DNA of 64,000 bases from Octopus sinensis (GCF_006345805.1 NC_043004.1:30876001-30940000); one strand, 5' to 3'; positions 24,075 to 37,432 are shown, counted from the first letter of the stretch. Notes: generated from the letters alone by a model not told the origin. Numbers and translations are program-made.

Positions 24075-24724
24075 GGATGTAAACAAACCAACATTCGTTG
24101 TCAAGCAGTGGTGGAGGACAATCACAAGCACAGACACGCACACACACACACATACATGCATACACATATACACACATACATACATACATACATATATATA
24201 TATGTGTGTATACATACATACATACATATATATATATGTGTGTATACATACATACATACATATATATATATGTGTGCATACACATATACACACATACATA
24301 CATACATACATATATATATATGTGTGTATATATATATTGCAGCGTGGAAGGTGTTTGTAAGCCATTTAAGAAACACACAAAAACCATTACATTCACTTCA
24401 ACATTTAAATTTAATTTGCGAAAATATTTTCCTCGCTTTGAGACCGCGACCTGTTCACTGACAAAAATATCGTGCTAACAGGTCGCGGTCTCAAAGCGAC
24501 GAAAATATTTTGACAAATTAAATTTAAATGTTGAAGTGAATCTAACGGTTTTTGGTGTTTCTTAAATGGCTTACAAACACCTTCCACGCTGCAATATATA
24601 ACACACATATATATATAGTATGTATGTATGTATGGTGTATATGTGTATGCATGTATGTGTGTGTGTGTCTGTGCTTGTTGATTGTCCACCATGCTTGACA
24701 ACGAATGTTTGTTTGTTTACATCC
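24075..24724. repeat. Large fold-back inversion: SINE-B segment, microsatellite and family X element mirrored
   Basis: 24075-24455 is the reverse complement of 24477-24724; inner arms 24337-24455 and 24477-24594. Confidence 0.9.
24415..24465 (-). ncRNA. Second candidate G3-C8 hammerhead
   Basis: Minus strand: TTTGTCA-GTGAACA-G-GTCGC-GGTCTCAAA-GCGAG-GAAA-ATAT-T-T-TCGCAAA. Confidence 0.55.
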
Positions 24725-24859
24725 TCAGATCAAGTCACTTGCTATGCAAGTACATCTCTGTAACTATATATATATATTTATATATATATATGTATATTGG
24801 TAAAAACAGTAAGATAACAAAAGAAAGAAAGAGACCTCAATATTATGTAAATGAGGAAA

Positions 24860-25252
24860 TCTTTATATATAAAAGTGAGGTTGTGTGTCTGTCTCCTACG
24901 ATTTAGATTCCTAACTACTCCCACATTTTGCAGTGCAGTTTCAAAACCGGGTATCTTATAGTCGTGATTCATATCGAGGCCCGTCTGGGTATTAGCGCGC
25001 GTCTACGATGAGTCTACGATTTTAAAAAAAATTTACCATCAATTTTTCCCATTTTTAATCCATTTTTGACATATATAAGGGAAGTAACTCTCTAAAATTT
25101 ATTATTAAATCTCAGAACGTAAAAAGCTACAATAACACCCCTCCCCCTTTGTGGTTAGCCATATTGAGATGGCTATTATACTTTACATCTCTAAAAATGC
25201 TTATATAATTATTTCCCTTACAAACCCAAGCAACGCCGGGCGATACTGCTAG
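24860..25252 (+). mobile_element. Non-autonomous Helitron
   Basis: A|TC TTTATATATAAAA 5' end; CCCAAGCAACGCCGGG subterminal hairpin region and CTAG|T 3' end; no TSD. Confidence 0.85.
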
Positions 25253-25286
<34 letters not shown>

Positions 25287-25652
25287 TAGATGTATGTGTG
25301 TGTGTGTCTGTGTGCATGTGTCTCTATATATGTATGCGGGTATCTGACTTTTTTTTTTGTACACACACACGCACCATGCCAAAGCGGACATAGAATATGT
25401 CAGGTTCCTCTGGCTTGTCTGTTCCTGTCAAACCATCCAACTCATACAGCCATGGACATTTGAGGATGAGGATAATGGTGATGATGATATATATATATTA
25501 TATATGTGTGGTGTGTGTGTGTGTGACTGTGTGTGAAGTGTGTGTGTGTGTAAGTTCAGGGGGATATTGGTATTGTATCTGTATATTCAAACACGCACAG
25601 AATATTGGTTGACACAGAGTACTACAATACATATATATACATTCTTTGGTGA

Positions 25653-25864
25653 CAAGAGCATGTTAAGAACATAAAAAAGTTTAACAAGTTCATTGAAATA
25701 TTGGGCACAAAAGATTACAACAAATATATTATACATTCTCAAGATAATTCCTTCTGGAAACTATCTTTAACATGTTCTTGAGAATGATTATTTATGTTGT
25801 AATCTTTTGTGCCCAATATTTTAAGGAACTTGTTAAACTTTTTTATGTCCTTAACATGTCCTTG
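25653..25864. mobile_element. MITE-like palindrome (about 90-bp arms)
   Basis: CAAGAGCATGTTAAG...CTTAACATGTCCTTG|TA. Confidence 0.8.
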
Positions 25865-25925
25865 TATATATGTAATGTAGCATTTTGTAAAAACCAATAA
25901 TTAACGCAACCAAACTTCTTCATGC

Positions 25926-25968
25926 TACTTTTGACAATCTTTTTCCAAAGAGTGAAACCGGTAAAGTA
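25926..25968 (+). ncRNA. Candidate type I hammerhead, core UUGACAA
   Basis: TACTT-TTGACAA-TCTTT-TTCC-AAAGA-GT-GAAA-CCGG-T-A-AAGTA, overlapping AATAAA. Confidence 0.55.
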
Positions 25969-26050
25969 AATAAACATCTTTTAAAATTGCATTTCCAAAC
26001 CTTCTTTTGTATATAATTCCACTCGTGTGGTACCCTACAAAACCACTTTG

Positions 26051-26113
<63 letters not shown>

Positions 26114-27042
26114 AAAGAATAAACATATGTATACACATACGTATACATCATATATGTAAATATATGTATGAATCATCATCATCATCATCATTATCATCGT
26201 TTAACATCCGTTTTCCGCGCTAGCACGGGTTGGACGGTTTCGACCGGGGTCTGGGGAGCTAGGGACTGCCCCAGGCTCCAGTCTGGTCTGGCAGTGTTTC
26301 TACAGCTGGATGCCCTTCCTAACGCCAACCACTCCGTGAGTGTAGTGGGTGCTTTTTACGTGCCACCTGCACAGGTGCCAGAGGGGTCTGGCATCGGCCA
26401 CGTTCAGATGGTGCTTTTTATGTGGGGGGGGGTGCAGGAATATAGGGGAGCACCAGTGGGGAGGGGTGGTTCAGAGAAATGATGACAGGTTGTAGGCAAG
26501 TAGAACGTAGGATATCAAGAGAGGGGTAATGCATGGTGAAATAGCGTATTGAAGAGGGGGGTTCGAAGAGTAGACACCTATAATGGTGGTGGGAGAAGCG
26601 ACATCCGGTATAGATGGAGCAAAAATAGAGATATCCGGTATTGGTGGTGGGGGTGGGCAGGGCCAGGTGCACCGCGATACACGAAGGTCGATCATAGACG
26701 AGAGAGAGGAGAATGAACAATCAGACAAAATAGATAGAAATCAGATAAAATAGTTAGATAGATAGAGAAACATGTAATCAGTCTAGGAGTGAAAATAGGC
26801 ATTCAAACTATCTGTGCATGGGATTATATAGCTGGTAGATGAGGTAGATGAAGAGAGGAGAGAGAGAGCACATGTTGTGGGTTGCCTTTTAAGTAAAAAG
26901 TTGTCCGGAAGAGGGATTTTTGGAGAAGGCGGAAGTGTATGAATATATATATATATATAATAATATATATATTCATACATATATTTACATATATGATGTA
27001 TACGTATGTGTATACATATGTTTATTCTTTCCTCCCTCTCTT

Positions 27043-27088
<46 letters not shown>

Positions 27089-27205
27089 TATACATATATA
27101 TATATATACATATATATGTAACAGATTACAATAAAGTGCATAATATATGATTTAATTATTACATATATAATAATATTATATATATATAATATATATATAT
27201 ATATA

Positions 27206-27236
<31 letters not shown>

Positions 27237-27484
27237 ACTAGATGCGTGCTTATAGTGATAAATTATATGGTTATTGACGATTTCTATTTTCGGCATATTG
27301 GAATTTTTTTGCTTTTGCCCTTGTTTATAAGTTATTTATAAATTTAACTTTAAAGGTATTTTTTTAATATGCTGGCCATTGATAAAATTTTTTCGAAAAT
27401 TTTATCCTATATTAGATATATATATATTTACATTTATATATTTGTTTTGCAAGATTTTTTATGTGAAATCGTGTGTTGAAACAG

Positions 27485-27848
27485 ATATTGTAGTATTTAG
27501 GAATGGTCATTTTGCCAGTTTAGCCAATAAAAACACATGCACTATATATTTGGTGTTACTTTGCTTCAGCGTTATTCATTTTTTACATTAATCTTAATCT
27601 TATTTCGGCCAGAGTTCTTTCATCACACTCCTGTGACCACATCAGTGGTCCTTTGCTTTCTTCTTTCTTATTTGTGTGTCTCTCCTTACTAACGGTCACA
27701 GGAGTGTGATGAAAGAACTCTGGCCAAAATAAGATTAAGATTAATGTAAAAAATGATTAACGCTGAAGCAAAGTAACACCAAATATATAGTGCTTGTGTT
27801 TTTATTGGCTAAACTGGCAAAATGACCATTCCTAAATATACAACAATA
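27485..27848. mobile_element. Fold-back element (about 155-bp arms, 55-nt spacer), related to the 51.4/52.0-kb family
   Basis: Arms 27485-27638 and 27694-27848; shares TTTTGCAAGATT..TTATGTGA..TCGTGTGTTGAA with about 51335. Confidence 0.85.
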
Positions 27849-28867
27849 TATATATATATTACATTATAATACATATGTAATGCAAAAACATCCTGGAATA
27901 ATCAATAAGATAGAGATAAAATTTTTAAATTTATTTTTCTCTGCAGCCCAGTCGTAGTTCATGATTTGGTGGTTGGGGACACATACCTTGGGCTAAATTC
28001 ACCAACTCCTCTGTTCACTCTGTTGACAATTCTCAACTGGAATAAAAATAAAACTATTAAACTTGAAATTATTATGAATTGTTTAACTGTTAATTTTTTT
28101 ATTATGTTAAATAAACTGTTAAATGTATGATTATTGTGTATATGAATTACTTGTTGGTGTTGATGTTGCTGTGGTTGATGGCAATGATGATGATGATGTG
28201 TGTTGATGCATGTGTGTGTATTGGTTGTTGTGTGATAAAATGCTTGGCAGCATTTTGTTTGTCTTTATATTCTGAGTTCAAATTCCTCTGAGGTCAACTT
28301 TGCCTTTTATCCATTGAAGGTCAATAAAATAAGTACCAACTGAGCACTGAGTTTGATCTAATTGATTATTTCCCATCCACAAAATTGCTAGCCTTGTGCC
28401 AGAACTTGAAAGCAATAATGTATGGGAGTGAGGGAGTGTGTATGTGTATGTGCATCCATTTGCATGTGTGTGTGTGTGTGTGTGTGTGCGTGTGTGTGTG
28501 CATTTGCATATGTGTGTGTGTATCCATGGGTACATATGTGTCTATGCATGAGTGTGTGCAAGAAAATCCTTGACTTCAACCATGTTTCACAGTTAGGACC
28601 TACCAAATAGCTGACTGATCTTGCTACCACTGACACCTGGATGGACAGCTGTCACACACATCATACATCAACTTAACATCAATAAATGGATAAATTATTA
28701 GAGCAAAAAGTTATTTTCCAATTCTTGTTTCATTCTTTTGATCAACCTCATGAACTATAATCCACTTAGAAGTCCCAGTTATTGTTATTTTCATCATTGT
28801 TGTTGTTTATGTTGCTGCTGCTGCTGTTGCTGTTGCTATTGAGCAAACAGTCTTCATCCCTGTAGTG

Positions 28868-29181
28868 GGAGAAGTCCAAAACGTGGTCCTTTGCTATTCG
28901 TAAGACTCACAGAATAGAAAGCAGGTCAACCCCCGGCACTGAGAGCATCGACAGATGAATGAGTGCACATCCAGGCTCAGTGGTTGCGTAGGAAGTCAGA
29001 GACAAGAAACAGGAAGAAAGAGTGAGAGAAAGTTGGGGTGAAAGAGTACAACAGCCGGAGCCTCGTGGAGCTTTAGGTGTTTTTGCTCAATAAATACACA
29101 CAACGCCTAGTCTGGTAATCGAAACCGCGATCTTCCAACCACGAGTCCGCTACCCTAACCATTGGGCCATTGAGCCTCTAC
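28868..29181 (-). mobile_element. SINE family D copy
   Basis: Reverse-complement homology to 2024-2362; CTG/TTG repeats on both flanks. Confidence 0.85.
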
Positions 29182-29525
29182 TTGCTGCTGCTGTTGTTTA
29201 AACTGTGATTCGTGCTGATGGAGTAAACCTACGATCAGAAGTATTCCAATCATGACCATCCCATCTTTAATGGTATGTAAGATGATATTACCTAATGTAT
29301 CCTGTCCTGTAGGCTGTGATTTGAAGATTTGGCAGCTATTTCTTACTGGACAAGCAATTTATAACAATCCCCCTGAATGGCGTGTATGGACTCCTTCATA
29401 GCTTACATTAGTAAACTGTTGTCGTTGTCATCATCATCATCGTCATCGTCATCCATCGTCATCGTCATCCATCGTCATCGTCATCGTCGTCATCATCATC
29501 ATCATCATTGTCATCATTGTCACCG

Positions 29526-29557
<32 letters not shown>

Positions 29558-30170
29558 ATTATCGTTATCGTCGTCATCGGCATCATCGTCATCGTCATCG
29601 TCGTCATTATCGTCGTCATCATCATCATTGTTGTCATCATCATTGTCACTGCTGTTGCTGCACATTATGACAAAAGAAACTAGGCTAATGGGAATAACAT
29701 GTATTTGCACAGTATTAAAACTACCATCTCCAAACTGCTGGTGCTATGGACACACTACAGCTCTAATCCCATAACAGAATACATATCTAGTATTAATCCA
29801 AATTATTTTCAAATAAGATTTTGAGCAAGGCTAACAACATAACCTTTTATAGAATTTGTAGTGGTTTCTTTCAGGTTTTCATATACCATTTTAGTGTTTC
29901 ACAGGCATCACTTGTTTTATTCAATCATTGACCAGTAATCTGGCAGCTATTCTGAATATTTAAGATTTAAGATGGAAAGAATTATCTTCTTTGCTGCCAA
30001 CATGAAAGATATATGGTAAATAGATTTTCTCAAATGCCCAGGAGGCTCCCAAGAGGTAGTAGATAGTTTTTGTTTCCTAGGCAGCCTAATTAGCAGTGGA
30101 GTAGGAAATTCTGAAAGTATAATTGTTAGAATAAGTATTGGATAGAGAAAATTCAGTTAACAACAAAAGA

Positions 30171-30235
<65 letters not shown>

Positions 30236-30254
30236 CCCCCTCTCTCTCTCTCCA

Positions 30255-30710
30255 AGTGAAATGCAGATTGTATGATGCTTTTGTACGAACAATGCAATAT
30301 GGGAGTGAAATGTGGGGTTTGAATGCATGGGAGATGCAAAGACTAGAGACGAGTGAGGTTAGTAAGTTCTGTTGGATGTGCAATGTCAGTGGTGTCCTTG
30401 TACAACAAAGTGCAAATGTGTTGAGAGAAAAATTAAGCATAAGAGGAATCAGATATAGTGTGCAAGAGAAAAGACTGCAATTGTTCGGGCATGCGATGTG
30501 TCTGGATGAGAACAGCTCTACAAAGAAGTGCTGAATGCTTAAAATGGATTGTGGAAAAGGGTAACCTTGGGAGACATGGGACAAAGTAGTGAAGACTGAT
30601 TACAAAATGTTGGGCCTCACAGAGAAGAGGATAATAGACTGATATAATTGGCAATTCACTGTATTTCAAGAAGACCTGCCCATCACGGCAAGCATGAAGT
30701 CTTAAAAGCA
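30255..30710 (+). mobile_element. RTE-group LINE 3' fragment
   Basis: RLYDAFVRTMQYGSEMW...RLQLFGHAM, typical RTE ORF2 C-terminus. Confidence 0.75.
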
Positions 30711-31711
30711 TCATATGTATGCCTGTATATGCTGGGCCCTGCACCCAATCTGCCCACATCAAGCATTACCCCATGTCTCATCTTCCTAACATCTAACCCT
30801 CCATCACTGTTCTATGACATTACTCAGCCACTGTGATCATCTGAGAGAAGAATTGGCATAATTACCTCCTTCCCCTGCTGGAACTACTCCCTTTTAAACT
30901 CCATATTCTCATTATCATTCCTTTCCATACTACTTTCCACAGACCACTCTTTTTCTGTGCCATCAGTCACCTCTCCCGCCCCACTGAGCTACATCTCAGG
31001 TCCACCATACCTCATCTTTAACACTTCCTGTCCACTATCATCCTCAGTACCCTTTCATATACATTATTGCTTCCCCACCCCACCTTTGTGGCTTGGTACA
31101 CAGCAAGCCATCCTCATGTACCTCCCACCTCCATCTCTTCAGATGTTTATCTTCCTCCCCTCTTCTCTCACATCCTGCACATCATCTCCTTGGTTTCTGA
31201 TGTTTCTACAGACTTTTTTGAGACATCTGCTCTCCACACCTCCTGTGCCACAGTTTATCACCTCTCGCTTCTATTTTACTAACCTCCCATCTCCCTACTG
31301 ATATCAACCAACCACATCTCCATCCTTGTTCACCATTCACTACATCCACATCTAGCCCCATCTCTAACCACTTGTCACTCTCCTCTCACACTCTTATGAA
31401 ATTACCCACTGTTTCTTTCTTTCTTTCCTGATCCACTGCAAAATGGTTGGTGTTAGGGCATCTAACCATAGAAGCCATATCAAAGCTGGCATTGAGGCCT
31501 GATGCAGTTCTGCTGCTCATTGGATTCTGTCAAACTGTCCAACCAAAGCCAGCATAGAAAAGATAATTTAAACGATGATGATGATGATAAATGTGCATGT
31601 GTGCATATGTGTGTGTGCATGTATATATATGTGTGTGTGCGTGTTGAGTGCAATTTTTTATTTGTTCATTCACTCATGTGTGTGTGTATGTATGTGTATG
31701 CAAATGTGTGT

Positions 31712-31756
<45 letters not shown>

Positions 31757-31961
31757 TGTACATATGTGTCTGTGTAAATGATGTATATACATATGTTGTA
31801 TGTGTGTACATACTCATATAGTCAAATTGGCAGTGATTAGAATGCTGTCTAGAATACCTTGAGTGATTGCTTTGACTTTCTGAGTCCTGTATTCAAATCC
31901 TGCCAGGATGGACTTTGGTGTTCCTCCTTTCACAGTTAATAATATTAATTACCCTTTCAGA

Positions 31962-32295
31962 GAGTTACTCCACACATTCTAGTTACATTCTGGTTACACC
32001 ACAACTACACCACACATCCTAGTTACATTCTTGTTACATTCTAGTTACACTTCAGTTATGCTACACATTCTGATTATATTCTAATTACACTTCAGTTACA
32101 CCACACATTCTACTTATATCATATTTACACCTCAGACACAATTCACACATTCTTGTTACACATCAGTTACACTACAAATTCCAGTTACACCTCACATTCT
32201 AATCACACAACATTTACACCTCAATTACATCTCACATCCTATATACTGTAGTTACAGCACACATTCCAATTACATCACAGTTACACCTCACAAAT
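31962..32295 (+). repeat. Degenerate minisatellite built from GTTACA/CACATTCTA units
   Basis: More than 15 imperfect recurrences with about 10- and 20-bp periodicity. Confidence 0.75.
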
Positions 32296-32683
32296 AGAGA
32301 TAAGAACAAAACCTCCCACGACTGAGCTTCAATAACATATAACACTTTTAGTTTGACCACTAAAAAACTAGGTTACCTTCATGTTTGTTCATTCCTTAAT
32401 TTTCCTATTATCTAATAAATGTCTTCATTCTGTTAAAGGTCATACTACTATTAAACATAGTTAAGTAGACATAATTTCAAGAACCAACTTCCTGTTGAAA
32501 TTCTTAGCTCTTTGTCTAGCTATGCATGTTAAAGCAGCATAACTGGCCAAGTTTTTAGCTCATCAGATACAATGCTTAGCAGAATATGTCCCAGCTTTCT
32601 GTGTTCAAGTCTATGAAGATCAACGTAATCTTTCATTCTTTCAAATACAATAAATAAAATACCAGTTCAATGCCAGGGTTGAT

Positions 32684-32732
<49 letters not shown>

Positions 32733-34041
32733 AAACTGGTTCCATTAGACTTGGAGAAGATTCTGCTGGGTTTTAAAAATAAATGATCAAAATAGTTGAG
32801 GGCCCAAGGATGAAAGACACAACGCATGTAACCTATACAGCGAGCTATGGATATAAAACGCAATCAACCATAAGACCATCTGATGTGTTGGGAAAGATTT
32901 TATCTGCTATGTGTAAGGAGAAGTACTTACAATCTAATGTTGCAAGAACTGTAGACCTGATGAGAAGGAAATTGAAAATTGTGACACACATCTGTGCCCC
33001 AATATTTTGGTCAGTGAAACACAAGGCTAATGGTAAGGTGTATCTGCCATGATGTTGACATCTGATTTGTTTTCACCTTTATGACAGGTGAGTGAACATT
33101 ACAGAGATAAATCTAAATAATTAGCACAAATATGGAATATGTGGCTGGTTTAGTTGAAATAAATATACAAGATTCCTTGAGATCACAGAGCTATACTGAA
33201 ACAGTGCTCAGTTTTAAGGATGGAATAAAAGGCATGAAACAAGACTGCTGGTGCAGGTTGAAAGTTTAGTTGCTATAGCTATGGGTCACAAGAGCCATTT
33301 GAAGGGTTTTCCCCAGAGAGCTGAAAATGCACAGGAAAAGTGAAAGTGAGAGTAATAGACTCTAGTTTCTAGAGCATTATCAGTCACACTTTTTCTAGGC
33401 TACTCTGAGAGTGGCCTGAAAGCCTGCCCCAACTTCAGTTCCAGAAGCAAACAATACCGAGACTTTCATATGCAAGCAGCACCATTCTTGATGATGAGGA
33501 GGAGAAGGAAGATGAACCAAAGTGTGCCAAAACTTCCTGAGAGTGTACCAAAAGCAAAAAGACAGGAAGAAGATCCCCAAATAAGAAAGAAAATGAAGCT
33601 TAGAGAATGGTTGCCAAAAAAACTTGAGGTGCAACCTGGTAACACTAGTATGGTATTTCGCAGTTGTTCATCTAGAAAATGAACAACTATAAATGGTCTG
33701 AATGAAGATGTGTGACCTAGTGGTTTGAGTGTTACATTCAGACCATATGATGCTGGGTTCATTTCTTTGAGTATGTCACCTCATTTCACACTGCTCCTAT
33801 CTACTCAGATGTAAAAGAATACCAGTTAAATGCTGACACAGCTTTTTCTCCCTCCAGCTGTAACTTCAATGTTCTATTGAGTCAATGGGAGAACTGAGAG
33901 GTTGTCTATGTCTGCCCCAACTACACAGAGGCCTAAAACATAGAGACTACGTAGAGTCTTAAAACAACTAATGAAAGTGTGGTACAAGTGTGTCATATAT
34001 GATGAAAGATGTCAACCACAATAGGAGAGAAAATCTGATTC

Positions 34042-34198
34042 CAATGGGAGATGTTAATTACAATGAGATGTTAATTATAATGGGAGATGTCAGCTATAAT
34101 GACAGCTATCAATTATAATGAGAGTTATTAATTATAATGAAAGAGAGATGTTAATTATAAGTTCAGTATTAACTACATGGGAGATGTCAGCTATAAGG
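34042..34198 (+). repeat. Degenerate about 19-bp tandem repeat (ATGGGAGATGTTAATTATA)
   Basis: About 7 imperfect copies. Confidence 0.75.
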
Positions 34199-34391
34199 AC
34201 AGGTTGTAGTGCAATTGAGCATTGTATACAATAAGCTCATTACTATCATTATGATTATTATTATTATTTACATGTTTTTGTTTTTGTTTTTGCTTTTCTG
34301 TGTCATAATTTGTCCTTTGATATTGTTCCCCATGACTTCAGACCTTGTCACCAATAAAAGAAAACATCATCATCATCATCATTATTATTAT

Positions 34392-35520
34392 TATTTTATG
34401 TTTGTACAACACTTGTACAAGTTGGCTCCAAGTCTCACCCAGAGACCTCAAGAGACAAGTTAGAAGTTCATGCTGGTGTTATGCCTAGGATGCTATATAT
34501 TTGGTTTTGTATATGGTTTTGTTCTAGAGAGTGTTTAAGAAACCATAAGAAAAATATGTGTTAGTTTTAAAATTTGAGATTGCATTAGAAAGTATTTTGC
34601 ATAGGATATGGGCAGTTCCCATGAGCACTATCTTTTGAATTTCTGCCATTTTGGAGTTTCCTGGTATCTGAGCTAGGTAGTAACCAGCCCCTTTTGCTAT
34701 CATTCCCAAGGCACCTATGACAACAAGTATTGTTTTAGTCTTCAGGTTCCACATTTTGCTAATTTCAATTTCAAGATCTTTATACTTGCTCAGTTTTTGG
34801 TAGGTCTTGACAGATATGTTTATATCGATTGGGGCAGTTATATCAATGAGGTGGCATGATTTTTGTCTGAAGTCTTTCAATATAACGTCTGGCCTATTTG
34901 TATCTATCTTTCTGTTAGTTTGAATGGTGAAGTTCCAGAGGAGTGAGATGTGATCATCTTCAAGCACTGGAAGTTGTTTGTGTCCCCACCAGTTTTTATC
35001 ATTAGACAAGTCCAGATTTTTGCAAATTATATATATAGTGAATATATTGTGCAGCTCTGTCATGCCTGTTGAGATACTCTGCAGGCACAAGAAGACTGCA
35101 CTTGGAGACAACATGATCAATGGTTTCATTTTGTTGTTGACATACATGACATGTTGGGAAGCTGTCATTCTTTAATATGTCGGCTTGGTAGTTCCTTGTC
35201 AGTAGGCATTGACCTTGGGCACCTATGATAAACCCTTCTGTTTCAGATTTTAAGCCAGAAGCCATTAGCCACTGATGAGTAAGGACTTTATCAACATCAG
35301 CATTATTCACTCTCTTTGGGTATTTGCCATTGAGAGGATTTTCTTGCCATTTATCAGTCAGAATATCTAAGGCAGCAGTTTTAGCACGGGTTTTCATGCA
35401 CTTAGCTTTTTCTGCGCTTGTTTCTTATATGTCTAATTCTGGAATTTGTTGTATTTGGAATTCACTTAGATATTCCTTTGCCTGTTTTGTTACTGAGTAT
35501 GATGCTCCAGCATAACTGCA
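34392..35520 (-). mobile_element. R4/Dong-like non-LTR retrotransposon 3' part (zinc knuckle + REL endonuclease)
   Basis: KWQENPLNGKYP, GLKSETEGFII, CHVCQQQNETIDHVVSKC, RHD, LLWNFTIQT...NRPDVIL...LIDI, KYKDL, VVIGALG; 3' end abuts (TAA)n. Confidence 0.9.
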
Positions 35521-36977
35521 GTCAAATGACTAAAACAAGTAAAATAATGAAAGAAAAGAATACTATGCCTGAAAATAAGGGCAGGATGGTTGCAATGCCT
35601 GAAAATAAAAAAATGGGAATGTCTTTGATCATAGATCTTCTTGAGTAGAGTAATCCTAGAGCTAAAATATAACAACTAAGCAAGATGAAATTAATAAGCT
35701 TCACTGTGAAATTTACTCAGCAATAAATTCAGTTTATAAATGACAAAAGACAGGGTTGTGGGTTGGTTGTTGCTAGGTGTTAGCTCACTGTTGAATATTT
35801 ATAAGGGAGAGCAGTGACATATTAATCATAAAATAGATTTACACAACTCTCCGTTCAATATTTTCCAAAGAGAGCCTGATACTATATTTAATCTTGTCAT
35901 GTTTGACATTGACACCAATCTCTGGTAAATCGCTGTCCGGGGAGAAGAGGTCAGATATAAATCAAAGATACTATCTCTGACTTCTCAGTAACAGCTTTTT
36001 AATGACAGGCCATTAACCAACGCCATTAAGATTGGCTTATGACAGGACTGTGTCTTGGGCTTTAACAATGATACTCATCACAATTAAATCTTAAGCATCT
36101 ATATTTACATTAGAAATTTACCCAGGGATGCCTTCTGCATAAAGAACATATAGTGAAGTGTAGGCTAACATGTTAAGTGAATGAATTCAAGTGAGTTTTT
36201 AACCAATTGAAATTACATCCTTAATGAAAACAATTTCATGAGTGTTGGTGACAATAAATTCTGAACTCAGTGGAATTTGAACTCAGAGCGTAAAGCCAGA
36301 AGAAATGCCACTGAGCATTTTGTCTGAAGTGATAATGATTCTGTCTGTTTGTTGTCATACATGTAATGTGTAGATACATACAAATACCTACATAAATGAA
36401 GAGACAAAATAAAAAATTTTTAAAGCATTGAAGTAAACAATACAATTTAATTACAGCTCAAAACGAGTCATGAAATCTAGCCATGAGAAAAAATTCGAAA
36501 ATATACAGAACAATTTTAAAAAGATATTTCATAAAGATAAGTTTTAAATTGAAAAGTATCAAGGACAAAATCTGAAAAACTCAAGTGCAGGCTAACAAGC
36601 TAAATTGAATGAATCCAAGTTAATTTTTAACTCATTGAAATTACACCTGTAATGAAAAATATTTCATGAATGTTAGTGACAATTATTGTCAAATATGACA
36701 AGAAATTTTAATTAATTAAAAATTAAGTAAGTACATGCAGTGATGAGTGAGTGTAATGTCCAGTAAACAGTGACAATTCTGCACATATTGCAGTCATATT
36801 TAACCTCTTCAGTGAAGTATAGTCTAATATTTATTTACCAGGACTTCAAATGACCAAAAGGATATAAGGTTTTTGCATGAAAATTATTTACTAATAAAAA
36901 ACATTTTAAATAAAGACATTGGGTAATTTTATCCATTTATATTCAACTTAAATATTACATCTCTAGATGTAATAATT

Positions 36978-37432
36978 TTCCGGCTACCCGCATGGTTCTT
37001 GGTCTCAAGAATTTGTCTTATGAAGAAAGGCTGAAGACGTTCAACCTTTATTCTCTAGAAAAACGCCGACGCCGTGGAGATCTCATTCTTGCTCACAACA
37101 TCATAAGCGGAAAGTGTAAACTCTCGAAAGAGCTGTTCTTCACTCCTCCTCCAGAGGGTCGGCTGCGGGGTCATTCTGAAAAGTTCTATCTGCAATGATT
37201 TCATCTCAATCGAAGGAGAGGGGCTTTCTCCGTCCGGGTTGCGGATCCGTGGAATAAGCTGCCAGACGAGATGGTGAAGATGCCGACGACCGCTCGGTTC
37301 AAAGTCTCCCTTGACCTCAAGTGGCCTGAACTCTTTACATGAACACCACCCTGTACATAACTCCATGTCCCCCTACATGGCCTTGCTTTTTGCTTTTTGA
37401 GCCAAAAAATTAACTAACTAACTAACTAACTA
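36978..37432 (+). mobile_element. CR1-type LINE 3' end with (TAAC)n tail
   Basis: GLKNLSYEERLKTFNLYSLEKRRRRGDLI...RGH...FSVRVADPWNKLP. Confidence 0.92.

Noticed and set aside
26430-26940. Purine-rich segment as a Penelope ORF end
   Set aside because: No GIY-YIG or RT motif could be read; left unclassified.
30640-30710. RTE 3' end as the proven partner of the SINE-C tail
   Set aside because: Similarity (..GCAAGCATG..TTAAA..CATCAT) is too short and decayed to support from this copy alone.
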